DNA from: Oscillospiraceae bacterium
GTDB lineage: Bacteria; Bacillota; Clostridia; Oscillospirales; CAG-272
Direction: 5' to 3'
Assembly (NCBI GenBank): GCA_015064805.1
Contig: SVRN01000004.1
Location: forward strand, 24,965 to 88,964
Length of the DNA stretch: 64,000 bases
A program made the position numbers and the translations under genes. Under the pieces are notes generated by a model. That model was not told the origin of the DNA and ran no database searches. It saw only the letters and a list, made by a program, of their open reading frames with translations. Shown here one piece after another: positions 57,977 through 64,000 of this stretch. The first letter of the stretch is position 1. Each line of letters begins with the position of its first letter.

Positions 57977-59764
57977 ATGACGAAGAATCAGTACGTTCTG
58001 TCTTGGATCGATGAGATGGCTGCGATGACACAGCCCGACCAAATCGTCTGGATCGACGGCTCCGAGGAGCAGGCAGAGGCTCTGCGCGCCGAGGCATGCT
58101 CGACGGGCGAGATGATCAAGCTCAATCAGGAAAAGCTGCCCGGCTGCTATCTGCACCGCACCGCCGTCAACGACGTTGCTCGCGTTGAGGGCAGAACCTT
58201 CATCTGTACCTCCAAAAAAGAGGACGCAGGTAATATCAACAACTGGATGGATCCCGCCGAGTGCAAGGAGAAGCTCTCCAAGCTGTACCGCGGCTCCATG
58301 AAGGGTCGTACCATGTACGTCATTCCTTACTCCATGTCCGTCGTTGGCTCTCCCTTTGCCAAGTACGGCATCGAGCTGACCGACTCCATCTACGTCGTTC
58401 TGAACATGCTGATCATGACCCGCGTGGGTACGGACGTTCTTGAGGCTCTGGGCGACAGCGCCGACTACATCAAGGGTCTGCACGCACGCGCTGATATCGA
58501 CGAGGAGAACCGTTACATCGTTCATTTCCCCGAGGAGAACACCATCTGGTCGGTCAACTCCGGCTACGGCGGAAACGTTCTGCTGGGTAAGAAGTGCTTC
58601 GCGCTGCGTATTGCGTCCTATCTGGGCCGCAAGGAGGGCTGGATGGCCGAGCATATGCTCATTCTGGGCGTTGAGTTCCCCAATGGCGAGACCAAGTACG
58701 TCACCGCAGCGTTTCCCTCTGCTTGCGGTAAGACCAACCTGGCAATGCTCATTCCGCCCGAAATTTACGCAAAGCAGGGCTATAAGGTCTGGTGCGTCGG
58801 CGACGATATCGCATGGCTGCGTGTCGGCGAGGACGGCAGACTCTGGGCCGTTAACCCCGAGAACGGCTTCTTTGGCGTTGCTCCCGGTACCAATCTGCAG
58901 TCTAACCCCAACGCTCTGCACACCTGCATGAAGAACACCATCTTCACCAACGTCGTTCACAACACGGCTGACAACACCGTTTGGTGGGAAGGCCTTGACA
59001 AGAATCCTCCCAAGCCTGGCTCCGCCATCGACTGGAAGGGCAATCCTTGGGACTGCACCAAGTACGACAAGAAGGATAAGTCCACCTGCGGCGCACATCC
59101 CAACTCCCGCTTCACTGCAATGGCTACCAACTGCCCCTGCATCTCGAGCGAGTTTGCAAATCCCGCCGGCGTTCCCATTTCTGCGATCGTCTTCGGTGGT
59201 CGTCGCGCCAAGACTGCTCCGCTGGTTTACCAGTCGACCTCTTGGCAGAACGGTGCCTTTGTCGGTTCCATCATGGCGTCCGAGACGACGGCTGCGGCAG
59301 CAGGTGCTGTCGGTGTCGTCCGCCGCGACCCCATGGCCATGCGTCCCTTCGTCGGCTACGACATGGGTGACTACTGGGCACATTGGCTGTCTATGGGTAC
59401 CCGCATCCCCAATCCTCCTAAGATCTTCCACGTCAACTGGTTCCGCACCGACGACGAGGGCAACTTCATCTGGCCCGGCTTTGGCGACAACATGCGCGTG
59501 CTGATGTGGATCCTGGCTCGTTGCGAGGGCAAGGTTGATGCTGATATCACCCCCATCGGTTACGTACCCAAGGCAGAGGATATCAACATTGAGGGCCTGT
59601 CCGACGTGACGCTGGACACCATCCGCGAGCTCTTGACGGTTGACACCAAGTCCTGGCTGGAGGATATCGACAACATCAAGGCGTTCTACGCACAGGTTGG
59701 CGAGAGAGTTCCTCAGGCGATGTATGACGAGCTTGCTGCTCTGGAAGCAAGATTGTCGAAGTAA
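57977..59764 (+). CDS. pckG: GTP-dependent phosphoenolpyruvate carboxykinase
   Basis: DVARVE.RTFIC, SGYGGN.LLGKKCFALR, AFPSACGKTNLAM, VGDDIAW, NPE.GFFGVAPGT, HPNSRF. Confidence 0.97.
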   Translation: MTKNQYVLSWIDEMAAMTQPDQIVWIDGSEEQAEALRAEACSTGEMIKLNQEKLPGCYLHRTAVNDVARVEGRTFICTSKKEDAGNINNWMDPAECKEKLSKLYRGSMKGRTMYVIPYSMSVVGSPFAKYGIELTDSIYVVLNMLIMTRVGTDVLEALGDSADYIKGLHARADIDEENRYIVHFPEENTIWSVNSGYGGNVLLGKKCFALRIASYLGRKEGWMAEHMLILGVEFPNGETKYVTAAFPSACGKTNLAMLIPPEIYAKQGYKVWCVGDDIAWLRVGEDGRLWAVNPENGFFGVAPGTNLQSNPNALHTCMKNTIFTNVVHNTADNTVWWEGLDKNPPKPGSAIDWKGNPWDCTKYDKKDKSTCGAHPNSRFTAMATNCPCISSEFANPAGVPISAIVFGGRRAKTAPLVYQSTSWQNGAFVGSIMASETTAAAAGAVGVVRRDPMAMRPFVGYDMGDYWAHWLSMGTRIPNPPKIFHVNWFRTDDEGNFIWPGFGDNMRVLMWILARCEGKVDADITPIGYVPKAEDINIEGLSDVTLDTIRELLTVDTKSWLEDIDNIKAFYAQVGERVPQAMYDELAALEARLSK

Positions 59765-59829
59765 GAGAATATTTTCGAGGCGAGTTTCAGGATGAAACTC
59801 GCCTCGGTTTTTTGAATTGTTCTTTGCCG

Positions 59830-60492
59830 CTTCTCCTACGGACGCGCGTACAGCTACGCGCCGCGCTGTATCGGGTTGGATGCCCTTTCTTTGTCGCTGA
59901 ACAAAGAAAGGGCCAAAGAAAATCAGCCAAGGGGCCTAATACCCCTTGGGACCCCCGAGCGCGAAAAGTCGTTCCGCTGGCGCTCCACTCATTTTTTCGC
60001 GAAAGCAAGCATCTTCAGCTTTTGCGTTTGCAAGTTAAAGAAACTTGCAAACACGAAAGACGCACGCAAGCGAAGAAGCAAACGTTTTTGCTATTTGCGA
60101 CGCGCCCCAGTTCAGCTAATCTTCTGACAAAAACGATTTTGCATCCCCTGCCCGCCGCGCGTGGAAGCTATACGGCGAGAGATGCAGAATAAACTTTTAT
60201 GTTTTTCTCGTGAAGCACTTTGAAGCGCGGCACGGAATAAAGCGGAAAATGATCGCCTGCTTACAGCAGGAGGCAAATCTTTGGATTTGCCGACGCAAAG
60301 ATTGCAGATGCGATAACGCCTTTTGGTAACCACCAAAAGATAGCGAAAGAAACAAGTCTTGCGGGCTTCTTAAGGGCATTAGGCCCTTAAGTGTCTTTTC
60401 TTCGCCTATTCTTTGCGACAAGGCAAAGAATAGGCATAAATATGAACAGCGAACGCGCGCCGAAGGCACAGGGTGAGCGTCCGTAGGAGAAA
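59830..60492. mobile_element. Family-1 element, copy G, with perfect 15-bp terminal inverted repeat
   Basis: TTCTCCTACGGACGC (59831-59845) / GCGTCCGTAGGAGAA (60477-60491); pseudoknots 59882-59927 and 60392-60435. Confidence 0.9.
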
Positions 60493-60558
60493 CAGCATAT
60501 ACTTTAGCAAAACACAACCCCGCTGTGACGACAGATCGCCACAGCGGGGTGCTTATCG

Positions 60559-62676
60559 TTAAATATCGGCATCCTTAATATAAAGATTACCGTACTGTGC
60601 AATAAATTCCTTTCTCGCTGGCAGATTGTTACCAAGCAACGTATCAAAAATCTCCTCCGTTGCCTGCTCGTCTGCAGGAGAAACCAAAACGAGTCTGCGC
60701 GTTTCGGGATTCATGGTCGTCTGCCACATCATCTCCGAGGTGTTCTCACCAAGACCCTTGGAGCGCTGCAACGTGTACTTCTTACCCTCCAGCTTCTTGA
60801 GGATCTGGGTACGCTCGAACTCGTCGTAGGCAAAATACGTCTTGTCCTTGCAGGTGATCTCAAACAGCGGCGTTTCCGCAATGTAGATCTTCTCCTCCCG
60901 AATCAGCGTGGGGAGCAAGCGATAGAACAGCGTCAGCAGCAGCGTGCGGATCTGGAAACCGTCCTCGTCTGCATCGGTACAGATGATGATCTTGGACCAG
61001 CGCAGTGCGGACAGATCAAACGAAACCATGTCTGTTTTGACCTTTTTGTGGCCCGTCAGCTCAACGCCACAGCCAATGACGCGAAGCAGGTCGGTGATGA
61101 CCTCACTCTTGAAGATCTGCTCGTAATCGGCCTTCATACAGTTGAGCGTCTTACCGCGCACGGGGATGATGGCCTGGAATTCGGCCGCGCGTCCCAGCTT
61201 GACCGAGGTCAGAGCCGAGTCACCCTCAACGATGTACAGCTCGCGGACGGCGGGGTCCTTGGAGCGGCAGTTGACGAACTTCTCCACGCGGTTGGTCACG
61301 TCGATGGTCGCACTGAGCTTCTTCTTGATGTTGATGCGGGCGCTCTCCGCCTCTTCACGGCTGCGCTTGTTGAGCAGGACCTGGGTGGCGAATATATCGG
61401 CGGCGCTGGGGTTTTCGATGAAATAGACCTCCAGCTGCTTTTTGAGGAAGTCGGTCATGGCCTCGTAGATGAAGCGGTTGTTGATGGCCTTTTTGGTCTG
61501 GTTTTCGTACGAGGTCAGCGTGGACACCGAGTTGATGACCAGCACGAGGCAGTCGGCGACGTCCTGGAAGGTGATCTTGGATTCGTTTTTGGTGTACTTA
61601 CCTGCGTTCTTGATGTAATTGTCGAGCGCACCCACAAAAGCAACCTTGACCGCGCGGTCGGGAGAGCCGCCGTGCTCCAGGTAGCTGGCGCAGTGGTAGT
61701 ACTCCAGCATCTTTACCGTGTTGGACACGCAGAAGGTGAAATCTGCCTTGAGCTTGTACATGGGCTTGTCCTCGCGGTCGCGGCCCTGCGCCTCCAGATG
61801 CCAAAGCACGGGGGCGGTCAGCGCGGCGCTGCCCACCTGCTCGGTGATATAGTCGACGATGCCGTTTTCGTACAGATAAGAGGACTCGGCAAACGTGCCG
61901 TCCTCCTGCTCCAGGCGCAGATCGAAGCGAACGCCGGGGGTGACGATGGACTGACGACGCATGGTCTCAATGAAGAACTCGTGCGGAATGGCCACGTCGT
62001 TGAAGACCTCCAGGTCGGGCAACCAATGCTGGACCGTACCCGTGCGCTTTTCGCTTGCCTTGAGCTTGCGGGTGGTCAGCGAGCCTTGTACCTCGCCTTT
62101 GGCGAAGTGGATGGAATACTCGTTGGTCCCGTCGTAGGAATAAACGTGCATGAACTCGGAGGAATACTGCGTCGCGCAAGCGCCAAGGCCGTTCAAACCC
62201 AGCGAGTACTCGTACGCACCGCCCTCGTCGTTGTTTTCATATTTACCGCCTGCGTACAGCTCACAGTAAATCAAATCCCAGTTCCAGCGATTTTCGCGCT
62301 TGTTGAAGCCCAGCGGAACGCCGCGTCCGTGGTCGTCGACCGTGATGGAATGATCCTTCCATGCCGTGACGGTGATGACGTTACCGTTGCCCTCACGCGC
62401 CTCGTCGACGGAGTTGGAGAGAATTTCGAAGAAGGCGTGCTCGCAGCCCTCCAGACCGTCCGAGCCGAAAATGACGGCGGGACGCTTGCGCACGCGGTCG
62501 GCGCCCTTGAGCGATTTGATGCTGCTGTTGTCGTATTTGGCCGAGTCTGCCGCTGCAGGCTCGACGACGGGAGCCTCCGTCTTCGGAGCTGCCTTGGGCG
62601 CGGCCTTTTTTGGCTTTGCGGGAGGCGTTTCGATCTCCAGCTGTACGATATCAATGTCTGCTTTCTTTTTTGCCAT
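60559..62676 (-). CDS. Type IIA topoisomerase B subunit (divergent GyrB/ParE-like)
   Basis: VRKRP, EIL.NSVDE, DHGRG.P, GL.GLG, YIVEGDSA, P.RGK.LN, TDADEDG, SKGLGE, TTMNPE.R. Confidence 0.93.
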   Translation of the reverse strand: MAKKKADIDIVQLEIETPPAKPKKAAPKAAPKTEAPVVEPAAADSAKYDNSSIKSLKGADRVRKRPAVIFGSDGLEGCEHAFFEILSNSVDEAREGNGNVITVTAWKDHSITVDDHGRGVPLGFNKRENRWNWDLIYCELYAGGKYENNDEGGAYEYSLGLNGLGACATQYSSEFMHVYSYDGTNEYSIHFAKGEVQGSLTTRKLKASEKRTGTVQHWLPDLEVFNDVAIPHEFFIETMRRQSIVTPGVRFDLRLEQEDGTFAESSYLYENGIVDYITEQVGSAALTAPVLWHLEAQGRDREDKPMYKLKADFTFCVSNTVKMLEYYHCASYLEHGGSPDRAVKVAFVGALDNYIKNAGKYTKNESKITFQDVADCLVLVINSVSTLTSYENQTKKAINNRFIYEAMTDFLKKQLEVYFIENPSAADIFATQVLLNKRSREEAESARINIKKKLSATIDVTNRVEKFVNCRSKDPAVRELYIVEGDSALTSVKLGRAAEFQAIIPVRGKTLNCMKADYEQIFKSEVITDLLRVIGCGVELTGHKKVKTDMVSFDLSALRWSKIIICTDADEDGFQIRTLLLTLFYRLLPTLIREEKIYIAETPLFEITCKDKTYFAYDEFERTQILKKLEGKKYTLQRSKGLGENTSEMMWQTTMNPETRRLVLVSPADEQATEEIFDTLLGNNLPARKEFIAQYGNLYIKDADI

Positions 62677-62719
62677 AGTGGTTATATATATTCCTTTTCT
62701 TTATTTTCGTAGTCAGGGG

Positions 62720-63721
62720 TCACAGTACCTCGCTTGCATAGACGAGGTGTGTTTGAATGTTGTCAGTTGCCTGCTCGCAGATCTCAAACACGCGGGCGCA
62801 GCGGCGTTCGTCCTCCTTGGTGCCGCGGAAGCCGATGGCACCGTCAAAGCACAGCTTGATGCCGCAATACTCGGCGGCAAAGTTATCGTCGTGCATATGG
62901 CCGCTGACGATGGCGCGGACGTCACCGCGCTGAAGGACGGTCGAGAACAAGCCCGAGTTGAGTGAGCCGGAAAACAGCGTTTCGAGCGCGTTGCCCTCAA
63001 GAGAGGTGCGCTCGGGATTTTTCATGCAGATGCCAAACTCCAGAATGGGGGCGTGCATGAGCATCAGCGCGTCGACGGGCGCGCCGTTATAGGCTTCGAG
63101 GGCTTCGGAGGTGTCGTAATACCAGCGGAGCTGATTAAAATGGACGAAATCCCAATGCGAGGTGCCGTAGGGAAGGTCAGGCGCCGTGTGCGCCGCGCGC
63201 AGATTGACGCCGTTTCTCAGCTTCAGGCGGTCGGAGAGATTATGGGTATCAAGCCCCCAGACGGCAAAGGCCACGCGGCTGTCGTCCGACGAGCGGATGG
63301 GCAAGAGAAAATTGGATACGCCGTCCACGCCCGCCTCGGTATGAGCCGAGACGCAATGGGGGTAGGATTCAAATATCGACTGCATCAGATAACGGTCCAT
63401 AAGAACGTCGTGGTCGTGGTTGCCGTAGACGTGGGCCCACGGAATGCCGCGGGATTCCATCGGCGCGGAGAATATGTCCAGAAATTCGCGCAGCTGCTCG
63501 ACTGTTGCCTCGGGTATCTCGTTCCAGATGTCACCGCCGAGCAGGACCAGATCGGGTTGCTCGCGTTCGATGATACCGTGCATGGCGGCGAGGGTGCGGG
63601 GATCGTAGTTGGCGGTTTGATGCAGGTCGGAAAAGCAGCAGATTTTGAAGCTGCCGTTCGGGCGGAATTTCAGAGGTTTCTTGGGGGAGATATAAGGTTT
63701 TAGCAAATCGGGTGTGGTCAT
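62720..63721 (-). CDS. Calcineurin-like metallophosphoesterase
   Basis: SDLH, GGD, GNHD, H.P, GH.H.DN, R..RVFE. Confidence 0.9.
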   Translation of the reverse strand: MTTPDLLKPYISPKKPLKFRPNGSFKICCFSDLHQTANYDPRTLAAMHGIIEREQPDLVLLGGDIWNEIPEATVEQLREFLDIFSAPMESRGIPWAHVYGNHDHDVLMDRYLMQSIFESYPHCVSAHTEAGVDGVSNFLLPIRSSDDSRVAFAVWGLDTHNLSDRLKLRNGVNLRAAHTAPDLPYGTSHWDFVHFNQLRWYYDTSEALEAYNGAPVDALMLMHAPILEFGICMKNPERTSLEGNALETLFSGSLNSGLFSTVLQRGDVRAIVSGHMHDDNFAAEYCGIKLCFDGAIGFRGTKEDERRCARVFEICEQATDNIQTHLVYASEVL

Positions 63722-63751
63722 GGGGCACCTCAGGGGGGAGATTTTGGGGGG

Positions 63752-64000
63752 TGGCTAAATCTTTTACTGCTTACTCCTACGGACGCTCACACTGTGCTTC
63801 GCACGCGCTCGCGGCTTGTTTTTTTATGTTCATTCTTTGCCGCGCGGCAAAGAACGAACCAAGAAAGCGCGCCAAAGGCTGCCGCCTTTGGAAACTGCTT
63901 CCGTGCCGCTCTTCAAAGCGGGTTAGGGAGAAAGACATATAGTTATTAAGTGCATCGCTCGCCGCGCAGCTACCACGAGCGGCAAATATGGTGGGGCAAG
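63752..64000. mobile_element. Family-1 element, copy H (truncated by the window end)
   Basis: CTCCTACGGACGCTCACACTG terminus; pseudoknot 63828-63872; short core. Confidence 0.8.

Overview
Moderately GC-rich chromosomal window of a Clostridia-like (probably Oscillospirales-type, spore-forming) Firmicute, inferred from gene content. It holds about 60 mostly housekeeping or carbohydrate CDSs: a GPH transporter/GH2/AraC locus, rnhA, ruvX, tadA, glmM, ddl, prmC, rpmH-rnpA-yidD-yidC-jag-mnmE, plsY, hom, murA, murD, pckG and a GyrB/ParE-like subunit. There are three tRNAs. No transposase, integrase or CRISPR was seen. The unusual signal is non-coding. At least 8 copies of a modular 250-720 bp element with inverted termini sit in the intergenic spaces. 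Each complete arm carries a covarying H-type pseudoknot whose pyrimidine linker matches the purine strand of the stem (13 instances, telomerase-like triple-helix geometry by inference). Arms and internal modules are shuffled between copies and fold with strand polarity. Also present are two further palindromic repeat families, a single-gene acyltransferase cassette flanked by an 80-bp duplication of a rubrerythrin 3' end, a tRNA-His 3'-end duplication, and several broken canonical operons.
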